A DNA stretch of 52,649 nt from Methanosarcinales archaeon (GTDB lineage Bacteria; Omnitrophota; Gorgyraeia; Duberdicusellales; 4484-171), in the NCBI GenBank assembly GCA_048634245.1, contig JAIWAR010000005.1, positions 1-52,649 of the forward strand, given 5' to 3'. Each line of letters opens with the position of its first letter. Position 1 is the first letter of the stretch. The position numbers and the translations under genes were made by a program. This document shows, piece after piece, positions 19,979 through 33,200 of this stretch. Under the pieces are notes generated by a model that saw only the letters and a list, made by a program, of their open reading frames with translations, ran no database searches and was not told the DNA's origin.

Positions 19979-20111
19979 CGTTTAATCCTCATTGTAGCAA
20001 TTTCAATAATCTTTTTACGTATTTCTCCATCTTCTACACCGCATCCCCAAAAGTATCATCAGCCATTTGTTTAAGTTCAGCCAGTGTTAATTTTTCCGTT
20101 ATTATCCTCAT
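19975..20111 (-). pseudogene. Internally deleted, frameshifted DUF5674-like gene
   Basis: N-terminus MRIITEKLTLAELKQMADDTFGD is joined near 20041, in another frame, to C-terminus GVEDGEIRKKIIEIATMRIKR*. Both ends resemble DUF5674 termini as I recall them; the core is missing. Confidence 0.7.
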
Positions 20112-20120
20112 CACGTTATT

Positions 20121-20149
20121 ATTTTACCCTAATAATACCCCCTCCGCAA
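20121..20149 (-). promoter_or_regulatory. Putative sigma70 promoter for the DUF5674 remnant, partner gene and oppBCDF
   Basis: TTGCGG (20149-20144), 17-nt spacer, TAAAAT (20126-20121), then 9 nt to ATG 20111. Confidence 0.55.
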
Positions 20150-20175
20150 CGCCAATTTATTGCTGAAAAAATGAT

Positions 20176-21282
20176 TTAAAAAGGTTTGCCTCTATTGTTT
20201 TTTACAACATTTTTTATTCCAATTATCAATCCAAGCGCATCATAAATATTATTAAACCCGGCATCTACATTCTCATTTTTCCACTCTTTCCGGTTATCAC
20301 TTATCAAAACAGTCATAACTCCTCTTCTCTTCGCCGGAGCCAAATCCCGTATAATATCATCGCCTATAGATACTATCTCTCCCGGAGAAACTTTACCAAA
20401 CATCGCCCGAGGAATGGAAGGCCAAACGCGGGTAATCACCCTTAAGATAGGATTAAAAAGCAAATCCATTATTCTATTGCGAAAGCGCGGCTGAGTAAAT
20501 CTATCTATGATTTTGCCGAACATAAGCGGCTTATCAGCATAGCCGATTACTTCGTCAATATAGTTAGCAATATCTAATTTTCCTAAAATATCACCCACAG
20601 TTTCCTCATCCGAATTCGAAACAACAACCAATTTCATTTTCTGTTTTTTCAAAGTACTCAGCATCGCGCACAATTTTTCGTCCGGATGTATACCGTAATC
20701 CCGGGAATGTTCGCAAATATGTTCTTTAAATCTCTCGTGTATATCAGATAAACCTCTACCGCCAAGCATATTGGCGATTATAATCAAAGGCCGCATATCA
20801 TGGCTTACATATACCATAGCCGAATACGCCTGTTTATCGATAATTATGGGATATTCTTTTGCTCTCAAATCTTCCGGGATTAGTTTTCTAACAAGCCTGC
20901 TTTGGCTGTGATCAACCCGTATACTCCAGGCTTTCACAACTCTATGGTTGCTATCTACTTCAAGAATATGTTTTTTTCCGCGAACGTAAACCTCACCTTC
21001 GTTAATAACACCTTCATCATCCCTAAACTTCCGGCATTCGTTATCAAATATAACTCGTTTTTTTTCTTCCGGTATGGCTTCCCGGAGCATACTAATATAT
21101 TTGTCTATATATTTCCTGTGTTTTAATCGATAAAGAGTATTATCAAGGTCAAAAATGATTAGTTTCAAATTTGCTATAGCCTTAACTAACTCAAAATCAC
21201 AGCTTTCAAATAAACCCGAAGGCAGAGGCTCTTTCTGCCCAACAGTTGTAAACAAAGTATACTCTCCTGTTTTGGATAACCT
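20176..21282 (-). other. Module: HAD-superfamily hydrolase
   Basis: Motif I IIFDLDNTLY, motif II VVVSNS, motif III KP, motif IV SIGDDIIRD. Confidence 0.85.
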
Positions 21283-24200
21283 GCCGCCGTCCTGAAATTG
21301 CTCTGATTGCATTTCCTCGCTTTTATGAGTAGGGCAAGATGGATAAAGATCAATCACTTCAAGGAGAATATCACTTCTTACTCCGCAGCCATAAAGAGTC
21401 TCATAACGATGAACTAAACAATCCTTCTCTCTCTGATACACTATAAAATGAAGCTCTTCCTCTTTTGTTAAATACTCAGGATTAGAAAGGTTAATTTTTT
21501 CGCTTTCAGATATCTTTCGGGAATAACCCACAATAAGAATCCCCCCATTCTTTAGATTTTTGCCCTCACAGATAAAGGCATCAATTATTTCTTCTTCATT
21601 AAAATTCTCTGGAAGAAGAAGATTGAATATCCTGATTATATCTGCCTCTAAGTTCTGAGCAAAAGGTTCAAATATATTATGCCGTATAAAAGAAATCTGC
21701 CGGCTTTCCATAGATTCCAGAACAGGAAGATATAGCGTTGAAACAGCAGTTCTTTTCTTCTGTCTGTTTAACTCAGACAAAATCTCTAAAACTCCTTCTG
21801 CGCCTATTGGAATTTCTTTTGCCGGATAAAGTCTGCCTTGTAATTTAATCTGCAATAACCCACCCTCAAAATTAAAACAAGCTATGTTTCTATTACTTTC
21901 AACGATAAAATACTCCGTGCTAATGTCACATCCTACAATTAAAATACTTTGGCTGCCAGTAACCTCTTTTCTTATTCTTTCATAAAGCTCAAAAGTAGTT
22001 ATTCCATTTGATATTGCTTCATCAACAATTATTAATTTATCCTTGGCAAGTCTATTCTTTAAATCAACAAGCCTTATGCTTCTAAATATATCCTCTTGAC
22101 AGTTGAGCAATTTCACAACAAAATCATCTATATCCTTTAATCTTTTAGGATATGTCTTCCTCAACACGGACATTCCTCGATAGGCATGTTTTATGATCGC
22201 CTGGCAAATATCTGCGATTACGCCTTTAAGCTCTGGATCTGAATTTTGGTAATACATCTCATATAATTCGGGAATTAACATCAAATCAAAACAATGCTCC
22301 TTTAATGCAGCAGCAGCTCTATGGCCACCTTTGGAACAATCTGTTGATAAAACATTTAGTAACTCTCTAATCCCTTTGTCTCCGTGCTTAACAAGAAGTT
22401 CAGCTGCTTTATCCGCAACCATATAAGTGTCATCACCCAATTTAGCCGCAATTAATTTAACGGCCTCACCTGTATGGATATCTCCCAGACTACAAAGCGC
22501 CTCATATCTGACTGTCATAACATTATCATCCAGTAATTTTCGCAAGAGAATAACTGCCTCCTCCTCTGGACTAATATTCCTTAACGCCCTTGCCGCTGTT
22601 TTTCTAATGCCTGAGTGAAGAGCGCCTGAGGCATGCTCAAAAATTGGCAAAACATCATAAGTACCAATTTGTCCTAATTCTTCAATAATCTGCATTTGAT
22701 CCCGCGGGGATTTGTTTTTAAATTCATCTATCCTTTCTCCGATATCTAAAACCTCTTCCCCCCTGTTGATTTCTTCTGCCATCTCTTTTAAAGCTCCACC
22801 GTCAAAGTTAGTTCCTCTATTAAAATTAACACCCCGGCGAAGAGATAAAGAAGAAACCTCTCCGTGACCAATGGCACCATCCTCCACTGGGATATTATCC
22901 AAACTTTTAAGTAAAACTAATATATGCGGGACATCCGACGTCTCACATAATTTGTTGCTACCGGATGGAAGAAGACAGGCTGCGGCTTTCTTAAGGTTAA
23001 ACCTTGGATACTTCTCAACACCTATTAGTACCCCGCCATCACAACTTTCTTTTAAATAAGTGATAACTTCTCCATCTTTATAAAACTGCTTAATTCCATT
23101 TTTCGAATTATCTAGTAACAGCCGGGCTCCGCATAATACATTGTTCCTGCGTATTTTCATGATTACCGCATACGTTTCCAGGTCAAGAACCTCTATGCCC
23201 GTATTCTTAATGATAACTAGAATCTTGCCATCTTGGGATAAGGTGGCTTCGCGGAGTTCTTCGTTTGGAATTAGGCTTTCCTTTGGAAACAGAACTTTTT
23301 CCTTTCCTTTTTCCACCACGGAAAGACGTTTAATCTGGGGGATGCGTCCTTCAACCCAGTGTCTTGGCAATGTATTCCAAGAGTAAAATGTCCATTTCCT
23401 GCCCTCTATATCTCCGAACTCGAATTTACGAAATTCGCTTGATAGAATACGGCTTTTGGACGGCGCACAGATAAACGGACGTTCAAATTCCCCATTCAGG
23501 AAATTTCTTTTGGGCTGATTTTCTGGTTTATCCTTGAATGGCTCGCTTCCGGCGTAACAATAATCTTCAGGAATATTGGCTCGCATGACTGGATAATTCG
23601 TCAATTCTAAAGACTGAAAGATATCTCTGAAAAAATCTTCCTTGGTTAGTTCCTCCTCCACCTGTTGTTGCTCAAACCACTGGGTCAGTAATCCGGAAAA
23701 CATGAAATCTCCGAAGATACTCACTGCCTCATCGTTCAATTCATTCTCCTTAAAAGTCCCCGGCTTAAGATTCTCGTTTTCCGGATCGTACATTTCTTTA
23801 CTGCCAAAGAGCAAATCATGGATATAGCTATAAAACACCATATTATGCTTACTGCTATAAACCCTTAAATCAGGCAGGCTCCAGGTAGCTTTCAAGTATT
23901 CAGCAAGGCAGTCAAAGTTCTTCTCTTCTTTACCCTCAAGCGGTATAAGGACTTGAACGCCATCTTGCTCTATAAGACGTCCTTTTCTCACAATAACTTC
24001 TTGCCCGCCATCCGAAAGCTTTATGACTTCCTGCCTAATCTTCCCGCCGTCTTTAATAGGCATTTCCTCTTTTAACTTCCGGTAGGATTTCGGAGTGACA
24101 TTTCTGTTCTTTTCTATTAACTCATCTCTTTCCTTGGAATATTTTAAAAAATAAAGAATACTTTTTTCTTTTCTAATATGATCTTCTCCGGTAAAAACAA

Positions 24201-27200
24201 AAAGTTCATTTAATTCAGAATGTTTAGTTAAAACCGCCATTATATTTTCTGCCATATAGGCGTTGCGAAGAGCCCAACATGCTTTTTTGGGATTTTCCGA
24301 GGTACTCATATATGTAACCGATTTCCTTTCTTTATCATCACTCATGTCAATGACATAATGTTTATATTTCCCCGGAGGAACAACATAATAATAAAAACCA
24401 TGTTCTAACGCCACCACTCTTTCTTTTTCCAAAAACGGCCTTAATTCAGGGAAGCAACAATTTATTAAATTAAAAGGGTACTGAAACATAGCTCCCGGAT
24501 GACTCACACCATAAAAGATAACTTTTTGTCCATTATCGAGGATAAAAGGTTCGAATCTTATATGGGTATTTTTATGCCCTGCTTTTTTTATTATGCCCAA
24601 ATATGCCAATACCTTAGGAAAAACCTCACTAAAAAACCACAAGACAGTAAATCCGGCAGCTACTATAAATAATCCGGTAGCAACATCACCGCCATCTTTA
24701 TCGGCACTATCTGCTCCAAGCTCAAAATTATCTTTTTCCCTAATATCTAATCGCGCCTCCAATCTTTCAAATTTCATCTGAATGATTTTAATCGCACTCC
24801 AGACAAAAGCTGCCAGAAAAGGATAAGCATACAGGAAAAATGGACTGTAATGTATGCCTATCATAGCCATCACACTAAGAAGAGGCATAGCTATAAACAA
24901 ATGAATTACTTTATTAGCCTTTATTCTTTTATTAGAGTTTTCAAAAGTTATTTCTTTTCCTTCTTCTCCGCTTCCAAATATATAACCTTGTTTCTTCTCC
25001 AAAGGCTTGTTTGCCAGGATACAAGTGTTCGCGCTAGCTGATCCCGGAGTTGAAAACCCTTCCCAAAGCTTTTTAAATCCGGTTTTATCGACAAGAGCCT
25101 GAAAAATAATATGGGTTTGGTATGAACGGGAAGTACAAAGAACCAAACCTCCCGGTTTTAATACCCTGTTTACTTCTTTCCAATCCGTTTCGCAGGAGGC
25201 AATTATCATAAAATCAATACTATTATCAGAAAAACACAAAGCCCCTGCCTGCGTTTGCAGATATTCGCTATTTTCTCTTCTTAAGAATTTCGCCGCCTTT
25301 TTATTAAACTTTATTATCCATCTGTCCCGGTCAATTCCGATATAAAAAACATTACTCCTGCCCAAAGCGCTTAAAATCGGGACAGATAAAATTCCGCACC
25401 CTAAGTCTAATACTCTGATTTTATCTTTAGTTTCATCTCCTTTTCGCGAATCCAAAATTTCACTCAATATATTGCTAACTATTTTTTTAATATGTAATAG
25501 GTGTAGGAATCTTACTTCAGCTATTGTCCCCAGAACAGGAAAAATAAAACGCCAACTAATTTTAGCTGAAAAATCATCTGTTTCTGAGGCTCTAAAGCCA
25601 GTATTAGGAATAATATTTTTACTCAAAGCTAACTCAAAATTTTTACCGGCTTTTGTCCTAATAAAAGCGGAAAGTGTCTCTCTGCCCTGTTTTGTTTCTT
25701 CCCATGTTTTTAAAGAAAGAAGGAAAACATTCAAAATGAATCGGGAATTGACCGAATCTTCATTCGCCTTTTCAAAAAGCTCAATAATTTCATAAATTTT
25801 TCGTTCTGCCACCTCTTTCTCTCCCAAAGCCTCTACGCGCATGTATCTATTAATAATCAATAACGCATCCGAAATTTTATTTCTTTCCGCTTTGGATAAC
25901 CTGCCGCCGTCTAAATTCCGTACTCCCATATCTTTTTTTAGCACTTTCCAGGCTAAAAGCGGCCGTCGGACTTCACCTTCTTTATTCAAAGTATCCTTTG
26001 CCACTGCGAAATAATATCCTGCTAGTGCCACGCCGGAATGTTTCATCCATGCCCTTTCGCCTGACTTCCAGCACCAAAACCAAGGAGTACTCGCGTAATA
26101 ATGATATTGTTCTTTTAAGGTTGTTTTTTCCTTAGCCCATTGCTTTAATGCTTTTTTGTCTATCACCATTTTCTCTTTGGCTATATTTGCACCATACATA
26201 AAATCATCATAAACCTTAGCCGGAATAAGCCCTGTTTTCTCAAAGGCATAAAGCACTCCTGCAGCATTTGTATATCCCATACGGTCTTTTATCCCCTTCC
26301 CAGATAAAATAAGATGCGCTATCCCCTGCATCTTCGCTCTTAAAAAAGCATGCCTTGTTAAGAAATGACTTATATATACTTTTTCTTTTCTCGGACTACA
26401 AATAAAAGGTTTTTGTCCCATTATACGGATTAAATATAAGCCGGCTATTTCTAAAGAAAAGCAAAGAGCGGCTACCACAAGAAAAATGTTTTCCTTAAAC
26501 TCAAACCACCCATTTATTACAGCCCCTGGATGAGAAGATATCATTAGTAATAGACCAGTATAAATCACAAGAAAAGATACTGCTGTTATTGTCAAAAATT
26601 CAATCTTCCGTTCTCTTAAATAAATATCCATCTTCAATGTTTTGATATTCGCGTAAATTTGATTTATTCTTTCTTTCTTCATACCTGGTAATAATCTTAA
26701 GATATCGGTCCTATCCTCAACCATAGTTTTTTGGGCCGGAGAAAAGTTTTCTTCTTCTGCGGGTTTAAGTTCAAGCTTATTAGGATATTCCTGATCTACC
26801 GCGCGAATAATCTTGGTTGTATCAAAAGATATCTCTTTTTCACCAGCAATAGAAAAAATGCCGGCAATGGTTCTCTCCTTCAAAGGATCACTAATGTTAT
26901 ACTCTTTCATAACATTTCTTATTTCATCTGTATTAATTTCTTTTCCGGAAGAAGCAGCTACACATGCCAATTCCCGCATCATTTTCACTTTTGCTTTATC
27001 TTCCTGAGTTATGCTTACTTTTATATCTTTTTCTGAAAGCAAACCCTTTAAAGAACCCTTATTATAAATTCTTTGAGTTACCTCCCGAACATCTTCTGTA
27101 ACAATCTCGATTTCAATATCCTTATAGCCAGTTAACAGGATATTGGCTCTTAAAAATAAATAGATTTTCGCGTATATCTCTCCTGCCTGAACGCTTATTT

Positions 27201-30200
27201 GCTTCTCTATTTGCCTCACTTCTTCATTAAGAATAATAGCTAAAAGCTCCTCCCCTTCAGGATAAAAAGTTACCTTTAACAATAACCTTCCTTTGCCCTG
27301 CGCATCCCTAAAAAAATCACCCATAATAAAAGGGCTCATCTCTTCCGACAAAGTATAGACTTTCGGATCAGAACAGCTGCGGTAAAATTTATTACGTAAA
27401 GGTGCCTTTGAATTTAATACAACATATTTAATGATTTCCTCTTCGCGCTTTGCAGCATCCGCAATACTAACCATTCTTTCAGCTTCTCTCACTATAGCTT
27501 CGTCCGTCTGCTCCTCAATTCCCTTGGCAAGAAGATACTCTTTTGTCAATGCCGTAACTCTATTGCTTAAAAATCCTTTATAGAGCGCGTAATGCGCCAA
27601 AGCCTCAGCCAGATAAACATTTGACTCATGGCTACTAGACTTCACATTCGCGGGAATAACAGCGTACTTATGCTGAAGAAGCATCTTACTTATCCTATCC
27701 GGGAAAACATCTCCAAATATAAGCGGCAGATGAGTAAAACCTAATAGGCCGAAGCTAATGAACATGAGTATGAAAAAATAGGGGGTGGTGAAAAATATAT
27801 AGTAAAATTCACTTATTATGTCTGTATGCGAATACAGCAAAAAAAGACTCGCATAAAAGAAAGCGGGAAAGAAAAGTATATAATTAATTTTTTCTCTTAT
27901 TGCCGGATCAAAGATAATATTTCGCGGGTGTACAATGTTAATTTCACGGTTAAAATCGTTTACCAATTTATCTGCTATTTCCCGATTACCCGCCAGTATA
28001 AGCGCTGTTTCCTTTAATGTATTCTGAAAAGCATCCCTTTCTCTCTCAGAGAAAGGCTTAAATTGAATAAAATCGAAAAACATTTCACGCTTCAAGGGTT
28101 GACCCTTTTCTTTTAATTCTCCGCCATCTTTATTATTTTCATCCTTTTCTTTTTTATCATCACTTAAAATCTTCCACATATCATCGCCTGTGATCAATCC
28201 CCCAAACTTCTGTTTTTCCCAAAATTCTACAACCTTAGGAGCTCCTACAAGTTCCACTTTTCTAATCGACCATTCAGAAAATAATTTCTTTTCCAATTTC
28301 TTATAAAAAATGGTTCCTAATCCTTCACCTTTTATAAAAACCTCAAACCATGCAATATGAGCTTTATTACCTCTTAATATAACACTAGCCTCTCCCAACT
28401 TTCTCTTGTCCATTTTGTTTACCAAATGATATACATAATAATGATACCCCCCATATTTCTTAACAGTTGCTACTTCATAATCATTAGAATTATTCCACCT
28501 GCCGCCATCAGCGACATTTTTGTCTAATGTCGAGGGCTGATCCCATTGTTCTTTACCTCTTAAGTTATAAAAATGCTTAAACAGCATATCTTTCATAAGA
28601 AGATTTTGAGCTATCAATTCAAAGTAAGAATCGAAGTATTTATCACCATGTCTGCTACCTACTACGTTCCCCGTTAAATACTGCGCAATAGTAAAATCAA
28701 CAAGGTAATATTGCCCCAAATCTTTATCCTTAACAAGCGCAAAATTTTGTCGCCCAACTCTTATCCTATATGCTTCATATCCAGCTAGATTAAACGCAGC
28801 AACAACAAGGCTGGCTACTCTACAACATATACCCGGATGCAAATCAGGCATCTCATCTGCAGTTTTAACATACTCTGCCGTAATAACTTTTTCATCCAGA
28901 ATATTAAACAGCATATCAATTTTATTAACAAAAGAAATGGCATTATCGTTTAAGAATACAACATTCCTTATGGGAGAAAGCCCATTTTTCAATATATCGC
29001 AGATTTCTTCGCGATGATTCTCAAATTTGCCTAACTCCACTTTAGAAAAATCTTCTAAAACGCTTTCGTTTATCAACCCTTCAGTTATAACAAAACCGCT
29101 ATCTTCATAATTGACAACACCTCCACCTTTTAAAATAGCAAAAAGTGCGGCTTTATCATCCGGGTAGAGAGAAATCAAACTTAAATCACAACTCATTACA
29201 ATAGAAGAAGCCATTCTTTCATTAAACGCTTGCGGCTGTGTTTCATAAGTCCCTGTTTCCCCGCCATAAACATCATTAAATAGCTTATTATTCTTATTGC
29301 CATTTCGTATATTTAATTTGTTTGTGCCTGGTTTTACAGACACTTTCACCGGAATAGCAAGATACGTTTTACTCACGTCTAAATATTTTGGTTGATCGCC
29401 GCCATCTTTATCCTTAGAAAAAACTGGTTTCACCTTCTCCCATATCAGTTCGTAGTCCTCATAAAGCACTTTACAGGGTTTCGCAAACCCAGGACTGTTG
29501 TCAATTATATTAGCTATGATTTCTCCGAATCTGAAACCAAAATCTAAAATATCCAACCGATCAGCCAAAACCTGCCAGGAAACTATACAAGACAGCCTGT
29601 TATTAAGATTGGTGTTCAGGCGATTCGCCGTTATTTCCGTCTCATAATAGTCCAAAGCATACTCAATCCCTCCTTTATACCTCTTTCTATATTTTCCAAC
29701 CCCGCCGCAAAAAATCATCCCCATTTTATGAGCGGCTGTTTCCAGGGCAAATTGTAATACTTTATCGGAATTAATATTAAGAAAAGTATATTTATCAATA
29801 TCCACCTTTAATCCACGGATATAGTAATGATTTGGAAATCCTTGTCTAAACAAAGATCCATCAGCGCTCAACATTTTAAGCCTAGGATAAATACCCCTTT
29901 CTACAGTATTATGTCCCAAGTCATGCCTAATGTGGACATCCATAATATTTAAAAACTTATCTCTATCCCTAAATGGAGAGTGGAGCGTGCTTGCTATGTT
30001 TATCAGAAGGCCTTTATTGTCTCTTTCAAAGGCTGTTGGGAATGGCTCCGAACTCCTTTCTATATCTATATACCTAAATCCCACATTCTCATCCCCAAGA
30101 ATATTTTTCGCATCCGCCTCAGCTTCTCTAATCAACCCTAAAACTTCTGCCATTATTTCAGATGTCCAGCCGCGAGACTCAGCCACAAAATCCCTACGTA

Positions 30201-33200
30201 AAAAACCCGGGTCAAATTTTAATCTCTCATCAAGTCTCTTGTCTCCACTATCAAAATCTCTAATTTTACTTCCACCGTCTTTCTTGCAAATAAAACTGTT
30301 TTCTTCGACTTCAGAAATAACATTTAGAGGAGTGGGATTTGCTAATTCTTCTAATATCCTATTTTTCCGATCATCTTCCAATAACTCTCTGGCGCAATAA
30401 ATCTGCGGCCTCTGCCCTCCATAATGAGCAGGCTGTACCGGGATAAAAACATAGGTCATTTTTTGCAATTCTGCATACTCTTGGGCAGTCACATATAATT
30501 TTAACCAATTGCTTACCTCTTTAAAATTCCTCAATTCATTACTGCTCAATTCATTTTGTTCCTCGATAGAAACTTCACGTTCCTCGCCTTCAAATTTAAA
30601 AGGCACCTGCTTACAATCCTTATAATCCGGGGACCATTCTCCTGATGTTATCCTCACAGATGAAAAATTCCTTTCTTCCAAAGCCTTTATTCCCGGAGTA
30701 CACTCTTCATTCAGCAAACTATCGCAGTCCCTTCCTCCTTTCAATACGCCTCCCCCATATTTCCCTCCATCTCTTGAAACAGTAAAAGCCTGTCCACACA
30801 CTCTCTCTTCGTTATCTCCCTCTTGCTTTATTCCACTATCGCTACTTTTATACATATCAGGAATAGAAAGATGCGTTATCCTTAAGAATTTTTTAAATCG
30901 CGCTATATATAAATCCTCCTTGAGCGGAGCAAGTTCCTTACTCCACCCCTCAGTCAATTCAAGTTCATCTTCCCAAAGTATTGGCGGCCCGATTTTTTGG
31001 GAAACATATCCTAAATCCGGCATATTTTTGTCATACATACGTTCTGCTAACTGAGGAGAAATACCCTTGTCAAACTGTTTTCGCAAAATACGAAATACGT
31101 CCCTGTTGTCGTTTCCATCATACTCTCTATCTAAATCCATATCTGAAGAATTTAGTAAAAGACCAAGCTTACGATGGATATACCATGTTTCATTTCTGAA
31201 AAATATCAAACCTTTCCCAACTAAATCTCCAAAAAGCGCTTTTACCACATTGCCATCCTTAATTACCTTTGAAAAACAAGACTCTTCAATTGCTCCAAGC
31301 CACCGCTTCATGATCAGCCGGCTAGCAGGAAATATTATTCTTTTCAGTCCCATTTCCCGTGCGTATATCTCAAGACACAACATCATCTCTATTCGCCAAT
31401 TTGCATACCGCTTTCCAAGTAATTTCCTGTCTCTTAACATCCGGTCATAATCGCTTTGAATTTCACTTACAACCAAAGTATCATCTATTATATAGTAGCG
31501 TACATAACAAAGAGCGTCGAACACATGCAGAAAACCGTAACCCTCTTCCGGGATAAGAGTTATTTTCCGTTTAGTTAACAACTCAAACTCGGTCTCATCA
31601 GGAAATAGTGCTAAAATCCGGGCATTTGGCAAAACTCCTCCCATTTGTCTTGTAAGCTCATAGGGCATTTCTCTCAATCTACCTCCAAAAAGTGAAATCC
31701 TAAGACTATTATTAATCTCTAATTTTTCTCTCCGGTCACCGGATAGATTAATCTCAATAGGACACGCTGGCAAATTATATGCTGTGTGGAACAATAAATT
31801 TTCAAAAACTGTACGCTTACCGCAAGGAAATGTCCTGAATACCCTGGCAAGAACATCAAATTTTTTAAGGTATTTAACTAATTCAGCCGAGAAATCTGGA
31901 AGTAATTCAGACAAAATGCTTAACAACAAATCAATAACAATTCCCTGTGATTTACTGTCTTTATTAATAAGCGATGTTTTTATAATGAGGCGATCGATTA
32001 ACTCTATTATCTCCTCTTTAGGTAAATTGGATAAAGAAGGGATAAGCTCATATAATCTATTTATAGATTCGGTTTCACCGTCGAAATGCCAGGTATTCCG
32101 TATAGATTCCGCTAAAGTTTTAATTTCTTTTATTAACCTATCATTTTCCGGAATATCTTTTAATCCGCCGTCTTTGTCATCCTTAAGTTGACACTTATGT
32201 GTAACCGGAAAAAACCTTGCTTTTCGATTTATTCCTGCTCCCCCGTCCTTACCCTTTAAATCAAAGCTGTTTTTTATATCATACATTATAAAAGTGGAAG
32301 GCGCATCTTTTGGGGAATATAATGACGGTTTCCTAACTATAACCTTAAACTTTTCTGCTAACTTTTCTTTATAGAACTTAACCACCTGCTCTACATTATC
32401 AAGGTAGTCCGTGGAAAGTCTTCCTCCCCCTCTTACTCTAATCTCTACAACAGCCGCCTCAATCATGCTGACGCCAACACCCTTTCTTTGGTGTTGCGAA
32501 CTTACAACTATATATTGAATATAACCACATGGATTTACCATTAAATACCCTATTATTCTGCCATCTGCACACTTTGCCAATATACCAATATTATTCTGGT
32601 CTTTGAAGCGCCGGCTAACTACGTTGTCGTATTCCGACTCCAATCCCGCTGATTCATTTATTGTCCCTAGTTGTTCAAATATCCTTGCTTCATGGATACC
32701 TTCTCCTATTAAACTCTGGAATGTTACGATTGAATACGTTAGGCCTTCGGTTAAAAAATTACTTCCCCCGTCGTATGCCTTCATTCTCTTCTTTTCTATC
32801 AAAGGTTTAAAAGCTTTCCCGCGCGCTGAATTAAAAAACTCTTCCATATCATTTCGAAAAAAAGAATTATTAAAAAGGCTATTCATTATCTTTTTAAACT
32901 CTTCCCTTTCTAAACGGCAAAGGGACTTAAGCCGGTCTAAACTCATCTCTCCGGCCAAGGAATCTCCTTTTCTGTTAAAACTAAGTATTGTCTGATAAAC
33001 ACTCTGCGAATTTAAATAATTAGCAACTAAAAAAGCCTCTATATCTTCCTCTTTAACATTCTTTTTAATTATAAGCTGGGTTATTCTCATATTTGGTTCG
33101 GGCAGCCCGTACTTTTCAAATTCTTTCAAGTTTTGCAAAGTATTTGGAGATTTTATAATGCTTTTATGACTCAGGTAAAATTTTTGCAATCCTCTATCAT

